Positions 16,171-26,745 are shown, numbered from the stretch's first letter. The stretch is DNA of 51,907 nt from Gemmatimonadota bacterium (GCA_035699465.1 DASSPT010000042.1:1-51907), one strand, 5' to 3'. Numbers and translations are program-made. Notes: generated from the sequence alone by a model not told the origin.

Positions 16171-19140
16171 ATGAGGGGTTCCCTGTTCGCTTCGCTCGGC
16201 GCCACAGGCGTGCTTCTGATCGCCTGCGCCCTGCTCACCCCGGCGCTCCTGCCCGCGCAGACGAGCACCGGCACGGTTCGAGGCGTTGTCATGGGCGAGA
16301 ACGGCGAGCCCCTGGCCGGCGCCTCCGTCATGGCACGGAATCCTGAAACGAACTTCCAGCGTGGGATGCTCACCGAGGAGGGAGGATTCTACAACCTGGG
16401 AGGGTTGCCGCCGGCAACCTACTCGTTCGAGTTCTCCCATCCCTCCTACACGACCGAGGCGCAGGACGTGCGCGTCCAGATCGGTCAGACCCTCAGCATC
16501 GACGTCGTGCTGACGACGGAGGCGATCGAGGTCGCGGGGATCACGGCCATCATGAGCGCCGAGCGGATCATCGAGCCGACGACGACGGAGGTCGCGACCA
16601 ACATCACCCAGGAGCAGATCGAGAACCTGCCGCTCCTGAATCGAAACTTCCTCGAGTTCGCCAAGCTGGCGCCGGGCGTAACGCCGACGCCGGGTGGGGA
16701 GAGCGTTCGCGCCGGCGGCCTGCCGGCCGAGAACATCAATCTGTTCATCGACGGCGCGAGCTATAAGAACGACGTCCTCACGAACGGCATCGTGGGCCAG
16801 GACGCGAGCGCCGGGAACCCCTTCCCCCAGAACGCGGTCGAGGAGTTCCGCGTCATCACGCAGAACTACAAGGCGGAGTATCAGAAAGCCGCCGGCGCGG
16901 TCGTCACCGCGATCACCAGATCCGGCACCAACGAGTGGGAGGGCAGCGCCTTCTTCCTGGGTCAGAACGAGAACTTCATCGGGAAGGACCCCTTCCAGAG
17001 TTGCGAGGCTCCGGGGCAGGACGAGAATTGCGTAGAGGTGGACGTCCGGGACATCGGTCGCCGGCAGTTCGGCGGTACCCTGGGCGGGCCCATCGTTCGC
17101 GATCGCGCGTTCGTCTTCGGCGCGTTCGAGGGGAACCACCGGAACATCCCGGAGACGATCAAGACGCTCGGCGAGGCGGACATCGCCCGACTGCCCGCAT
17201 CGATCGCGGGCATCGACGTGAGAAACCGCGTGCAGAGCGTGGTGGGGACGACCAGCAACCGCGATCTGCGTTCGAACCTCTTCTTCGGGAAGGCGACCTT
17301 CCAGCCGCGCGAGCGGCACCGGCTCGAGACCAGCCTCTTCGTCCGCGACGAATTCGAGGTGCGGAACTTCGGGGGGGATCAGCCGCGGTCGCGCGCCGAG
17401 GACTTCAACAACGAGGTCCTGACGGCGCTCGCTACATGGCAGTATTCCCGCGACAGGCTCCTCAACGAGGCGTTCGTCGATTTCCAGCGCTTCCGGTGGC
17501 GTCCGATTCCGCTCGACTCCGAGCCCGGGCTCCGCTTCGAAGGCCCTCTCGACATCTGGCTGGGTGGTGGCTCGACCGAGCAGGACTTCATCCAGGACAG
17601 GATCGGGCTCCGCAACGACGTCACCTACACGCTGCCCGACTGGAACGGAAGCCACGTCCTCAAGGGCGGCGCGTACCTCGATTTCCTCGACTACGACATC
17701 ACGAAGCGGCAGCTCGGCAATCCCCAGTTCTTCTTCCGCCAGGACGAGAACTTCGAGATTCCCTATCGGGCGGAGATGGGATTCGGCAATCCGGACCTTA
17801 GCGCCACGAACGAACAGGTGGGCCTGTACGTGCAGGACGACTGGAGCCCCAGCGACCGCCTGAACATCAACCTCGGGATCCGCTGGGACTACGAGACCAA
17901 CATGCTGAACAACGACTGGGTCACGCCGGACAGCGTACGAGCGGAAGTGGCACAGTTCCTCACGCCCGCGCAGCAGGCGAACTACTTCACCGACGGAGAC
18001 GACCGCGACGGCTACAACAAGATGTTCCAGCCGCGCTTCGGAGTGTCCTACGACCTGACCGGTGACTCCCGGACGATCCTGTTCGGCGGAGGCGGTTTGT
18101 TCTTCGACCGCACCGTGTACAACTTCGGGCTCGACGAACGCTTCCGTCTCCAGTGGGCGGTCTTCCCCTTCCGCTTCTCGGAGACCGGTGGGCCGGACCC
18201 GAACGGCAACCCCACGATCCAGTGGGAGGACGGCTTCCTCAGCCGCGAAGGGCTCCAGAGCATCGCCGACCAGCGGCTGCCGGGCGGCAAGCCCGAGGTA
18301 TTCCTGCTCGAGAACGACACCGAGCCTCCCCGGGCGTGGCAGTGGACGATCGGGCTGCGGAGGGCGATCGGCGAGCTGATGGCGTCGGTCAACTACACCG
18401 GCGTCCGCGGCTACAACCAGACCACGTGGATGTTCGGCAACCGCCGCCCCAACGGGTCGTGCTGCCTGGACTCGCCCCGCTTCGGGAACCTCCTGATCTC
18501 CACGGACGAAGGGCGCACGTGGTACGACGCGCTGATGGTCCAGCTCGGCAAGCCCTACAGCGAAGCATCGCGGTGGGGCGCCCAGGCCGCGTACACGCTG
18601 TCGGAGTCGCAGCAGAACACGCAGGGGTCGTTCACCCTCGACATCCTTTCGCCGGATGAGTTCGAGAAGTTCCCGTCCGACACCGACGAGCGGCATCGGC
18701 TGGTCGTCAACGGAATCGTCGGGTTGCCCTGGGACGTGATGCTGAGCAGCATCGGAACCTTCGCATCGGCCCGGCCGATCAGCGCCTTCGTGGGAGGCGA
18801 TCCCAACAACAACGGCCTCTTCGACGATTTCCCGCCGGGGGAGGGACGGAACTCCCGCCGCCCGGAAGACGGGGAGTTCAAGCGGATCGACTTGCGAATC
18901 GAGAAGGAGTTCCCGTTCCTGCGCACCGGTCAGAGCGTGGGTCTGGTGCTCGAGGTCTTCAATCTCTTCGATTGGGAGAACTTCACCTGCTTCGACGCAG
19001 GATTCGGGGACTTCAATCGGGAAACGGGCGAGATCGTGAGGAACGAGAGCCAGATCGAGCATTTCGGAACGCGAGCCTTCTGTACCGTCGGCGATAGTCC
19101 TTCGCGGCGGCTCCAGCTCGGCGCGAACTACGAGTTCTGA
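16171..19140 (+). CDS. TonB-dependent receptor with N-terminal carboxypeptidase-regulatory-like domain
   Basis: GAGGAGG SD and a signal peptide. The GTVRGVV...GEPLAGASV segment is a CarbopepD_reg-like domain. A plug region follows (ITQEQIENLPLLNRNFLEFAKLAPGV), then a long beta-barrel ending ...LGANYEF with a terminal aromatic residue. Confidence 0.85.
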   Translation: MRGSLFASLGATGVLLIACALLTPALLPAQTSTGTVRGVVMGENGEPLAGASVMARNPETNFQRGMLTEEGGFYNLGGLPPATYSFEFSHPSYTTEAQDVRVQIGQTLSIDVVLTTEAIEVAGITAIMSAERIIEPTTTEVATNITQEQIENLPLLNRNFLEFAKLAPGVTPTPGGESVRAGGLPAENINLFIDGASYKNDVLTNGIVGQDASAGNPFPQNAVEEFRVITQNYKAEYQKAAGAVVTAITRSGTNEWEGSAFFLGQNENFIGKDPFQSCEAPGQDENCVEVDVRDIGRRQFGGTLGGPIVRDRAFVFGAFEGNHRNIPETIKTLGEADIARLPASIAGIDVRNRVQSVVGTTSNRDLRSNLFFGKATFQPRERHRLETSLFVRDEFEVRNFGGDQPRSRAEDFNNEVLTALATWQYSRDRLLNEAFVDFQRFRWRPIPLDSEPGLRFEGPLDIWLGGGSTEQDFIQDRIGLRNDVTYTLPDWNGSHVLKGGAYLDFLDYDITKRQLGNPQFFFRQDENFEIPYRAEMGFGNPDLSATNEQVGLYVQDDWSPSDRLNINLGIRWDYETNMLNNDWVTPDSVRAEVAQFLTPAQQANYFTDGDDRDGYNKMFQPRFGVSYDLTGDSRTILFGGGGLFFDRTVYNFGLDERFRLQWAVFPFRFSETGGPDPNGNPTIQWEDGFLSREGLQSIADQRLPGGKPEVFLLENDTEPPRAWQWTIGLRRAIGELMASVNYTGVRGYNQTTWMFGNRRPNGSCCLDSPRFGNLLISTDEGRTWYDALMVQLGKPYSEASRWGAQAAYTLSESQQNTQGSFTLDILSPDEFEKFPSDTDERHRLVVNGIVGLPWDVMLSSIGTFASARPISAFVGGDPNNNGLFDDFPPGEGRNSRRPEDGEFKRIDLRIEKEFPFLRTGQSVGLVLEVFNLFDWENFTCFDAGFGDFNRETGEIVRNESQIEHFGTRAFCTVGDSPSRRLQLGANYEF

Positions 19141-19159
19141 ACCGCGGGACCGACCGCGG

Positions 19160-20593
19160 ATGAAGGCGACGGCGGCGCGCGCGAGGATTCTCCTCGCCGC
19201 GCCGCTGTTCCTGTGGGCCTGTGCAACCGCCGAGCGACGGGAAGCACCGCCGCTATTCGAACCCTCGGCCGTCGCTTTCCTGGACTCCGTCCAGTCACGC
19301 ACGTTCGACTGGTTCTGGGCGCTCTCGGACGCGCGAACGGGTCTCACACCCGACCGGTGGCCGACCGAGTCCTTCTCGAGCGTCGCAGCCGTCGGTTTCG
19401 CGCTGACGAGCTACCCCGTCGGCGTGGAGCGCGGCTGGGTGACGCGGGAAGAGGCGGAAGCGCGCGTCCTGGCGACCCTGCGGTTCTTCTGGCATGCGCC
19501 TCAGGGGCCCGATTCGACGGGGATTACGGGATATAGAGGGTTCTTCTACCACTTCCTCGACATGGACACGGGCCATCGGTGGGAGACGGTCGAGCTCTCG
19601 ACGATCGACACCGCGCTCCTGCTCGCGGGGGTCCTCGCCTGCCGGGAGTACTTCGACGAGGGCGACGACGAGGGCGAGCTCGCGATCCGGGCCTACGCCG
19701 ACTCCATCTACCAGCGCGTCGATTGGCCCTGGGCTCAGGTTCGGCCCCCCCTCGTGTCGATGGGATGGAGGCCGGAGTCCGGGTTCCACGACTACGACTG
19801 GCGGGGCTACAACGAGGCGATGATCCTGTACGTGCTCGCGCTCGGCTCCCCGACGCACGCCGTGGAGCCGGCCGCCTGGGACGCCTGGACCGAGACCTAT
19901 CGCTGGGGTGAGTTCCACGGGCAGGAGCATCTCGGATTCGCGCCCCTCTTCGGTCACCAGTACTCGCATGTCTGGATCGACTTTCGCGGGATCCAGGACG
20001 CCTACATGCGGGAGCGTGGGATCGACTATTTCGAAAACTCGCGCCGCGCGACGCTCGCCCAGCGCGCGTACGCCGTGGCGAATCCCGAGGGCTGGATCGG
20101 CTACGGCGCGGACGTGTGGGGCCTAACGGCTTCCGACGGCCCCGCCGACACGACGCTCCTCCTGGCCGGGCGGCCGCGCCAGTTCCACTCCTACGCGGCC
20201 CGTGGAGCGGGGCCGAACGAGATCCGGGACGACGGCACGATCGCGCCCACCGCGGCCGGCGGATCGGTGGCCTTCGCGCCGGAGGTCGCCATCCCGGCGC
20301 TGATCGAGATGCGCCGCCGCTTCGGAGCCCCGCTCTTTGGCGAATACGGATTTCTGGATGCGTTCAACCCCACGTTCACCGCTGCGGATGCGCGGCTCAA
20401 GCACGGCCGGGTCGTGGAGGGGAGCGGTTGGTTCGATACCGACTACTTGGGCATCGACCAGGGTCCGATCCTCCTCATGATCGAGAATCACCGCACCGGT
20501 CTCGTCTGGGAGCTCATGAAGAGCAGTCCCTACGTCGTGCGCGGCCTCTGCCGGGCCGGGTTCCGGGGCGGCTGGCTGGAGGGCCGGTGCTGA
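19160..20593 (+). CDS. GH144-like (putative endo-beta-1,2-glucanase / 'glucoamylase-like' family) lipoprotein
   Basis: Lipobox LFLWAC. The block GFFYHFLDMDTGHRWETVELSTIDTALLLAG, with W/Y-rich flanking blocks, is recognised by eye as the family of Chitinophaga pinensis SGL. No search was run. Confidence 0.65.
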   Translation: MKATAARARILLAAPLFLWACATAERREAPPLFEPSAVAFLDSVQSRTFDWFWALSDARTGLTPDRWPTESFSSVAAVGFALTSYPVGVERGWVTREEAEARVLATLRFFWHAPQGPDSTGITGYRGFFYHFLDMDTGHRWETVELSTIDTALLLAGVLACREYFDEGDDEGELAIRAYADSIYQRVDWPWAQVRPPLVSMGWRPESGFHDYDWRGYNEAMILYVLALGSPTHAVEPAAWDAWTETYRWGEFHGQEHLGFAPLFGHQYSHVWIDFRGIQDAYMRERGIDYFENSRRATLAQRAYAVANPEGWIGYGADVWGLTASDGPADTTLLLAGRPRQFHSYAARGAGPNEIRDDGTIAPTAAGGSVAFAPEVAIPALIEMRRRFGAPLFGEYGFLDAFNPTFTAADARLKHGRVVEGSGWFDTDYLGIDQGPILLMIENHRTGLVWELMKSSPYVVRGLCRAGFRGGWLEGRC

Positions 20594-21846
20594 GAGTCTC
20601 CGTGGTGGCGGCGCTGCTCCTCGGTAGCTGCCGCTCTGCGCCCGACGGCACGCAGGTCGTGGAGTTCTGGGGACTCGGGCGCGAGGGGGAGGTCGTGAGC
20701 GAGCTGGTCCCCGCTTTCGAGCGTGAGAACCCCGGCATCCGGATCGACGTCCAGCAGATTCCGTGGACCGCGGCGCACGAGAAGCTCCTGACGTCGTTCG
20801 TCGGCGAGGCCACGCCCGACGTCGCCCAGCTCGGAAACACGTGGATCCCCGAGTTCGTCGCGCTCGGCGCGCTCGAGAGGCTCGACTCCTGGATCGCGCG
20901 CTCGCGCACCGTGTCGCCCGACGCGTACTTCGAAGGAATCTGGCAGACGAACGTCGTCGAGGACGGGTTGTACGGCATCCCGTGGTACGTCGACACGCGG
21001 GTCCTGTTCTACCGCACGGACTTGCTCGATGCGGTCGGGTACGAGGAGCCCCCCGAGACATGGGAGGAATGGCTCGAGGCGATGGAGAGGCTCCGGGTTC
21101 ACATGGGCGAGGGCCGGTGGCCGATACTCCTCCCGACCAACGAGTGGCCGCAACCCGTCATTCTCGGCCTCCAGAACGGCTCCCTGCTTCTCGATGACGA
21201 GGGCAGCCGCGGCGCGTTCCGCGAGGCCGCCTTCCGCCATGCCTTCGGGTTCTACGTCGATCTCTTCCGTCGCGGGTATGCTCCGGCGGTCGCGAACACC
21301 CAGATCGCCAATCTCTTCCAGCAGTTCGCGCGCGGCGATTTTGCGATGGTGATCACCGGACCTTGGGGGATCGGCGAATTCCGGCGCCGGCTTCCGGCCG
21401 GTGTGCCGTGGACCACCGCTCCGCTCCCGGGTCCGGACGGTCCCGGCGTCTCGCTGGCGGGAGGCTCGAGCCTCGTCCTGTTCGCCGACTCCGACGCCGA
21501 TAGCGCGGCGTGGCGCTTCATCGAGTATCTGTCGCGCCCCGAGATCCAGGTACGTTTCTACGAGCTGACGGGCGATCTACCGGGGCGGGTCGAAGCGTGG
21601 AAGGCGCCGTCGCTGAGCGCGGACCCCGAGGTCCGGGCATTCCGCGACCAGCTCGAGCGGGCGGCGCCGCTACCCCGCGTTCCGGAGTGGGAGCGGATCG
21701 CGACCAAGGTCTACGAATACGGCGAGGCGGCCGTGCGCGGGCGCCTGACGGAGGAGGAGGCCCTCGCCGCGCTCGATCGCGACGTGGACCGGATCCTCGC
21801 GAAGCGACGCTGGATGCTGGCCCGTCTGGACGAGCCGGCGCGTTGA
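20587..21846 (+). CDS. ABC transporter extracellular sugar-binding lipoprotein
   Basis: GTG 20587 overlaps the GH144 stop by 7 nt. Lipobox LLLGSC. The layout is that of a family-1 solute-binding protein (WGLG..., IPWYVDTRVLFYR, GDFAMVITGPW). Confidence 0.8.
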   Translation: MLRVSVVAALLLGSCRSAPDGTQVVEFWGLGREGEVVSELVPAFERENPGIRIDVQQIPWTAAHEKLLTSFVGEATPDVAQLGNTWIPEFVALGALERLDSWIARSRTVSPDAYFEGIWQTNVVEDGLYGIPWYVDTRVLFYRTDLLDAVGYEEPPETWEEWLEAMERLRVHMGEGRWPILLPTNEWPQPVILGLQNGSLLLDDEGSRGAFREAAFRHAFGFYVDLFRRGYAPAVANTQIANLFQQFARGDFAMVITGPWGIGEFRRRLPAGVPWTTAPLPGPDGPGVSLAGGSSLVLFADSDADSAAWRFIEYLSRPEIQVRFYELTGDLPGRVEAWKAPSLSADPEVRAFRDQLERAAPLPRVPEWERIATKVYEYGEAAVRGRLTEEEALAALDRDVDRILAKRRWMLARLDEPAR

Positions 21847-22742
21847 CCGGCTCCAGGGCGCGCACCGATGCGGGGTCGGCCACCGGCTGGTGGTTCGTGG
21901 CGCCGGCGGTCCTCGTCATCGGGGGATTCTTCTTCGTCCCAGTCGCCGCGGCCTTCCTGCTCAGCTTCACCGACTTCGACATATACGCCCTTGCGAGCTT
22001 CGACAACACGCGCTTCATCGGGCTCGAGAACTACGCCGCGTTGCTCGGCGATTCGATCTTCTGGAAGGCCCTCGTCAACACCTTCTACTTCGCGGCCGTC
22101 GGCGGGCCTCTGACGATCGCGATCTCGCTCGCGGCCGCGGTCTTGCTCCAAGCTCGGCTGGTCCGGTTCAAGGGGTTCTTCCGCACCATCTATTTCGCGC
22201 CGGTCGTCACGACGCTGGTCGCGGTTGCGGTCGTATGGCGCTACCTCTACCATCCGCGCTTCGGGCTGCTCAACTATGGTCTCGGGTGGTTCGGGATCGG
22301 GCCCGTCGACTGGCTCGGCGACCCGCGCTGGGCGATGCCGGCGATCATCCTGCTCGCGGTATGGAAGAATTTCGGCTACAACATGGTGGTCTTCGTGGCC
22401 GGGCTGCAGAGCATCCCGGAGGAGCTCTACGAGGCCGCCGAGCTCGACGGCGCGAACGCCGTTCAGCGATTCCGGCACGTCACTCTCCCCATGCTCGGGC
22501 CCACGTTCCTGTTCGTCACGGTCATCACGATGATCGGCTATCTGCAGCTCTTCGCCGAGCCCTACGTCATGACCCAGGGCGGGCCTCTACAGGCCACCAC
22601 GAGCGTCGTACTGCTCATGTACGAGCAGGGATTCCGCTGGTGGAACATGGGGTACGCGGCGGCCATCGCGTTCGTGCTTTTCCTCGTGATCTTCGCGATC
22701 ACGCTCGTCCAGTTGAGATTTCAGCCGCGGAGCGACGCGTGA
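21843..22742 (+). CDS. ABC sugar transporter permease (MalF/UgpA-like)
   Basis: The TTG start overlaps the previous stop (TTGA). Six hydrophobic segments and an EAA loop (EAAELDGANAVQRFRHVTLP). Confidence 0.8.
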   Translation: MTGSRARTDAGSATGWWFVAPAVLVIGGFFFVPVAAAFLLSFTDFDIYALASFDNTRFIGLENYAALLGDSIFWKALVNTFYFAAVGGPLTIAISLAAAVLLQARLVRFKGFFRTIYFAPVVTTLVAVAVVWRYLYHPRFGLLNYGLGWFGIGPVDWLGDPRWAMPAIILLAVWKNFGYNMVVFVAGLQSIPEELYEAAELDGANAVQRFRHVTLPMLGPTFLFVTVITMIGYLQLFAEPYVMTQGGPLQATTSVVLLMYEQGFRWWNMGYAAAIAFVLFLVIFAITLVQLRFQPRSDA

Positions 22743-23572
22743 GGCCGGCTTTGCGTCGCAGTCTGGCCCGGATCGGGATCTACTCCGTGCTCCTCGGTGG
22801 AGCGTTTCTCACGCTGATGCCGCTCGCGTGGATGGTCTCGGCCTCCTTCATGCCTACCGGACAGGCCAACACCTTCCCGCCTTCCTTCCTGCCGACCAAT
22901 CCCACGCTCCAGCACTATCGCGAGTTGTTCGTTCGTCTCGACGTGGGGCGCTACTTCCTGAACAGCGCCATCCTCGCCGGCGCGGTGACGGGGATCTCGC
23001 TCCTATTCAATTCGATGGCGGGATACGCCTTCGCGAAGCTCCGGTTCCGCGGTCGCGACTCGCTCTTCCGGGTCCTCCTCGGCGGGCTCGTGATCCCGGT
23101 CCAGGTCGCGATGTTGCCGTTGTTCCTGCTGCTCAAGGAGCTGGGATTGGTGAACACCTACGGCGGTGTCGTCGTGCCGGCGGCAGCCGGGATCTTCGGC
23201 ATCTTCCTCGTCAGGCAATACGCGCTCGGCATCCCGGACGATCTTCTCGACGCAGCGCGGATCGACGGCGCGAGCGAGTTCCGCATCTACCGGTCGATCG
23301 TCCTGCCGCTCTGCCGGCCGATCCTGACCACGCTCGGGATCTTCACGTTCCTCGGCGTGTGGAACGACTTCATGTGGCCGCTGATCGTCCTCACCGATGC
23401 CGACATGTACACCCTGCCCGTCGGGCTCGCGAACCTCGTCGGCGAGCACGTCCAGGACACCGAGCTCATGATGGCAGGCTCGGTCCTGACGGTACTCCCG
23501 GTGCTGGCGCTGTTCATCGCCCTCCAGCGCTATTACATCCAGGGGATCATGATGGGAAGCGTGAAGGGGTGA
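22739..23572 (+). CDS. ABC sugar transporter permease (MalG/UgpE-like)
   Basis: The GTG start overlaps the previous stop (GTGA). EAA loop DAARIDGASEFRIYRSIVLP. Confidence 0.8.
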   Translation: MRPALRRSLARIGIYSVLLGGAFLTLMPLAWMVSASFMPTGQANTFPPSFLPTNPTLQHYRELFVRLDVGRYFLNSAILAGAVTGISLLFNSMAGYAFAKLRFRGRDSLFRVLLGGLVIPVQVAMLPLFLLLKELGLVNTYGGVVVPAAAGIFGIFLVRQYALGIPDDLLDAARIDGASEFRIYRSIVLPLCRPILTTLGIFTFLGVWNDFMWPLIVLTDADMYTLPVGLANLVGEHVQDTELMMAGSVLTVLPVLALFIALQRYYIQGIMMGSVKG

Positions 23573-26500
23573 GGCGTGCCGCCCAGGTCGCGGTCGTCTC
23601 GACCGTCGGGCTTCTCGCGCTCCCTCACCACTCGATCGCCGTGCAGGGCCATGCGCTGGACGGCTTCGAGGATCTCGCCGCGTGGCAGGCCGCGCCGTCG
23701 GACGGGGTCTCGCTCGAGATCGAGCCGGATGAGGGATTCCGGGGCCGCGCCATGCGGCTCGAATTCGACTTCCACGCCGGCGGTGGATACGCCGTCGCGC
23801 GCCGCCCCCTGGCGCTCGAGCTTCCCGACAACTACGCGCTGACGTTCTGGATCCGGGGCGTCGCACTTCCGAACAACCTCGAGATCAAGCTGGTCGATCC
23901 CTCGGGGGAGAACGTCTGGTGGGTGAACCGCCGAGACTTCGTGTTTCCCGGCGAGTGGACCCTCGTGACCCTGAAGAAGCGCCACATCGCGTTCGCCTGG
24001 GGCCCCATAGGCGGGGGGGAGATCCGCCAAGTCGGGGCGATCGAGTTTGCCGTCACCGCGGGCTCGGGCGGATCGGGATCCGTCTGGATCGACGAACTTG
24101 CGATCGAGGCCCGCCCGACGGTCGAGCCGTACGGCGGGACCCCCATTGCGAGCGCCTCCTCAACGGAGGCCGGCACGGAAGCGGCGCGGGTCGTCGATGG
24201 GGATTCGTCGAGCGCATGGCGGAGCGATGCGAGCGGCAGGCAGTGGCTCGCGCTCGATTTCCAGGCGCTGCGCGAATACGGGGGCCTCGTCATCGATTGG
24301 GAGCCGGGCGCCCACGCGAGCGACTACGCCGTCGAGACCTCGGACGACGGGATCCGCTGGGAGATCGCGCGGCGCGTGACCGCCGGGGACGGAGGTCGCG
24401 ACTGGCTGTACCTGCCCGAGTCGGAATCGCGCGCGCTGCGGCTCGCGCTCGAGTCCGGGCCCGCCCGGAGGTATGGAGTGCGCGAGCTGGGCATCCGCCC
24501 GCTCGAGTTCTCGACCTCGATGAACGATTTCTTCCGCGCGATCGCGGCGGAGTCACCGCGCGGTGTCTACCCGCGGCCGTTCCTGGACGAGCTCGTCTAC
24601 TGGACCGTTGTCGGGGGGTCGGGCGACGAGGCCGAGGCGCTCCTCGCCGAGGACGGCCGTCTGGAAATTCACCCTGGCGGCTTCTCGATCGAGCCTTTCG
24701 TATCGGTCGGAGACCGGCTCCTGACGTGGGCCGACGGGGAGCACCGACAGACGCTCCTCGAGCGGTCGCTTCCGATCCCGACGGTCACTCGGGCGCACGG
24801 GGATCTCGTCCTCGCGGTGACGGCGGTCGCGGCGGGAGACTCGGGTGCCTCGGTTCTCCACGTGCGCTACCGGGTGCACAACAAGAGCGAGACCGCGGCG
24901 CGCGCAGGCCTGTTCCTCGCGATCCGCCCGTTCCAGGTGAACCCGCCGACCCAGTTCCTCGCCGTTCCCGGCGGCGTCGCTCGCGTGCGCGAGATCTCGC
25001 GCACGGGGAATGGCGTACTGGTCGACGGGCATGCCCTGCTCGTGCGGCCGGAACCGGTGGCGTTCGGAGCCGCCACCTTCGACCAGGGCGACGTCGTCGA
25101 GCGGCTCCTCCGCGGATCGCCGCCCTCGGCCGAGCGGGTCGACGACCCCTTCGAGCACGCCTCGGCCATGCTGACCTGGGAGCTCGAGATCGCGCCGGGG
25201 GACTCGGCGGAAGTGGATCTCGTGGCGCCTTTCCACCCGCCGTCCATCGCGCCCGGGCCGGGCAAGGCGTCCGATTTTCCCTCCTTCGACGTGGCGCTGG
25301 CCGAAACCGCCGCCCGGTGGCGGGAACGGCTCGGTCGGGTGTCGATCGAGCTGCCCGGCGAGGCGGCGCGGCTCGTAGACGTCCTCCGCAGCAACGTCGC
25401 CTTCATCCTGATCAACCGGGACGGTCCCGCGATCCAGCCCGGTTCGCGCGCATACGACCGGTCCTGGATCCGGGACGGCGCGTTGACCTCCGCCGCGCTC
25501 CTACGGATGGGCCACGCCGGCGTCGTGCGGGATTTCATCGAATGGTACTCCGGCTTCCAGTATCCCAGCGGCAAGATCCCCTGCTGCGTCGATCATCGCG
25601 GCGCCGATCCCGTGCCCGAGCACGACAGCCACGGCGAATTCGTCTACCTCGTCGCCGAGTACACCCGGTTCACGGGCGATACCGTCCTCGCTCGCGCGAT
25701 GTGGCCGCACGTCGCGGGGGCCGTCGGGTATGTCGACTCGATCCGGCAGACACGCCTGGGACCCGAGTACCAGGTCGGCGAGAAGCGCCTGTTCCGCGGC
25801 ATCCTGCCCGAGTCCATCAGTCACGAGGGGTATTCCGCCAGGCCCGTCCACTCGTACTGGGACGATTTCTTCGCCTTGCGCGGACTCGAGGACGCGGTCG
25901 AGCTTGCAGAAACGCTCGGCGAGACGGAGGAGGCCGCGCGGTTCGCCGCGATCCGGGACGCTTTCCGGACGGACTTCCACGCGTCGATCCGCGCGGCCAT
26001 CCAGCATCACGGGATCGACTACGTCCCCGGATCGGCGGATCTGGGCGACTTCGACGCCACGTCCACGACGATCGGAGTGGCGCCCGGCGGACAACTCGAG
26101 CGCCTGCCGCGGCGCGAGCTGCTCCGCACGTTCGAGCGCTACCTCGCCGAGCACGAGCGCCGGCTTCAAGAGGCCGGATGGGAGGCCTACACGCCGTACG
26201 AGCTGCGTGTCGTGGGGACGCTCGTGCGGCTGGGATGGAAGGAGCAGGCCCACGAGCTCCTCCCCTTCTTCTTCGGCCACCTGCGACCGACGGCGTGGAA
26301 CGCGTGGGCCGAGGTCGTGGGGCGCGAGGCGCGCTCGCCCCGGTTCATCGGCGACCTCCCCCACACGTGGGTCGGATCCGACTACATCCGTTCGCTCCTC
26401 GACCTTTTCGTCTACGACCGAGAGAGAGATCAGGCGCTGGTCGTGGGGGCCGGCATACCGGCGGATTGGGCACGCGCGGACGGCGGGGTCCGCGCCAGAG

Positions 26501-26739
26501 GCCTCCTCACACGCTGGGGCAGGTTGGACTTCGAGATCGCGGCGGCGGGCGATTCGGCGCGCGTGCGCCTCGAGGGCGATCTCGAGATTCCCCCCGGAGG
26601 GCTGGTGGTCCTGTCGCCGCTCGAAGCGCCGGTGACCGGGGCGAGGATCTACGGACGGCCGCTCCAGGTGGGCGACTCGGGCGAGGTGATCGTGCGCAGC
26701 CTTCCGGCGGCGATCGTTTTTCTGCATCGGAGGCAGTGA
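23569..26739 (+). CDS. 1056-aa secreted multidomain protein: CBM-like beta-sandwich + F5/8 type C (discoidin) + six-hairpin (alpha/alpha)6 GH15-like domain
   Basis: The GTG start overlaps the previous stop (GTGA) and the N-terminus is signal-like. The discoidin-like block is VVDGDSSSAWRS...QWLALDF...YAVETSDDGIRW. The C-terminal half has YDRSWIRDGA and W/Y/F-rich helical repeats typical of glucoamylase-like barrels. Domain calls were made by eye. Confidence 0.6.
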   Translation: MRRAAQVAVVSTVGLLALPHHSIAVQGHALDGFEDLAAWQAAPSDGVSLEIEPDEGFRGRAMRLEFDFHAGGGYAVARRPLALELPDNYALTFWIRGVALPNNLEIKLVDPSGENVWWVNRRDFVFPGEWTLVTLKKRHIAFAWGPIGGGEIRQVGAIEFAVTAGSGGSGSVWIDELAIEARPTVEPYGGTPIASASSTEAGTEAARVVDGDSSSAWRSDASGRQWLALDFQALREYGGLVIDWEPGAHASDYAVETSDDGIRWEIARRVTAGDGGRDWLYLPESESRALRLALESGPARRYGVRELGIRPLEFSTSMNDFFRAIAAESPRGVYPRPFLDELVYWTVVGGSGDEAEALLAEDGRLEIHPGGFSIEPFVSVGDRLLTWADGEHRQTLLERSLPIPTVTRAHGDLVLAVTAVAAGDSGASVLHVRYRVHNKSETAARAGLFLAIRPFQVNPPTQFLAVPGGVARVREISRTGNGVLVDGHALLVRPEPVAFGAATFDQGDVVERLLRGSPPSAERVDDPFEHASAMLTWELEIAPGDSAEVDLVAPFHPPSIAPGPGKASDFPSFDVALAETAARWRERLGRVSIELPGEAARLVDVLRSNVAFILINRDGPAIQPGSRAYDRSWIRDGALTSAALLRMGHAGVVRDFIEWYSGFQYPSGKIPCCVDHRGADPVPEHDSHGEFVYLVAEYTRFTGDTVLARAMWPHVAGAVGYVDSIRQTRLGPEYQVGEKRLFRGILPESISHEGYSARPVHSYWDDFFALRGLEDAVELAETLGETEEAARFAAIRDAFRTDFHASIRAAIQHHGIDYVPGSADLGDFDATSTTIGVAPGGQLERLPRRELLRTFERYLAEHERRLQEAGWEAYTPYELRVVGTLVRLGWKEQAHELLPFFFGHLRPTAWNAWAEVVGREARSPRFIGDLPHTWVGSDYIRSLLDLFVYDRERDQALVVGAGIPADWARADGGVRARGLLTRWGRLDFEIAAAGDSARVRLEGDLEIPPGGLVVLSPLEAPVTGARIYGRPLQVGDSGEVIVRSLPAAIVFLHRRQ

Positions 26740-26745
26740 CTCGAC

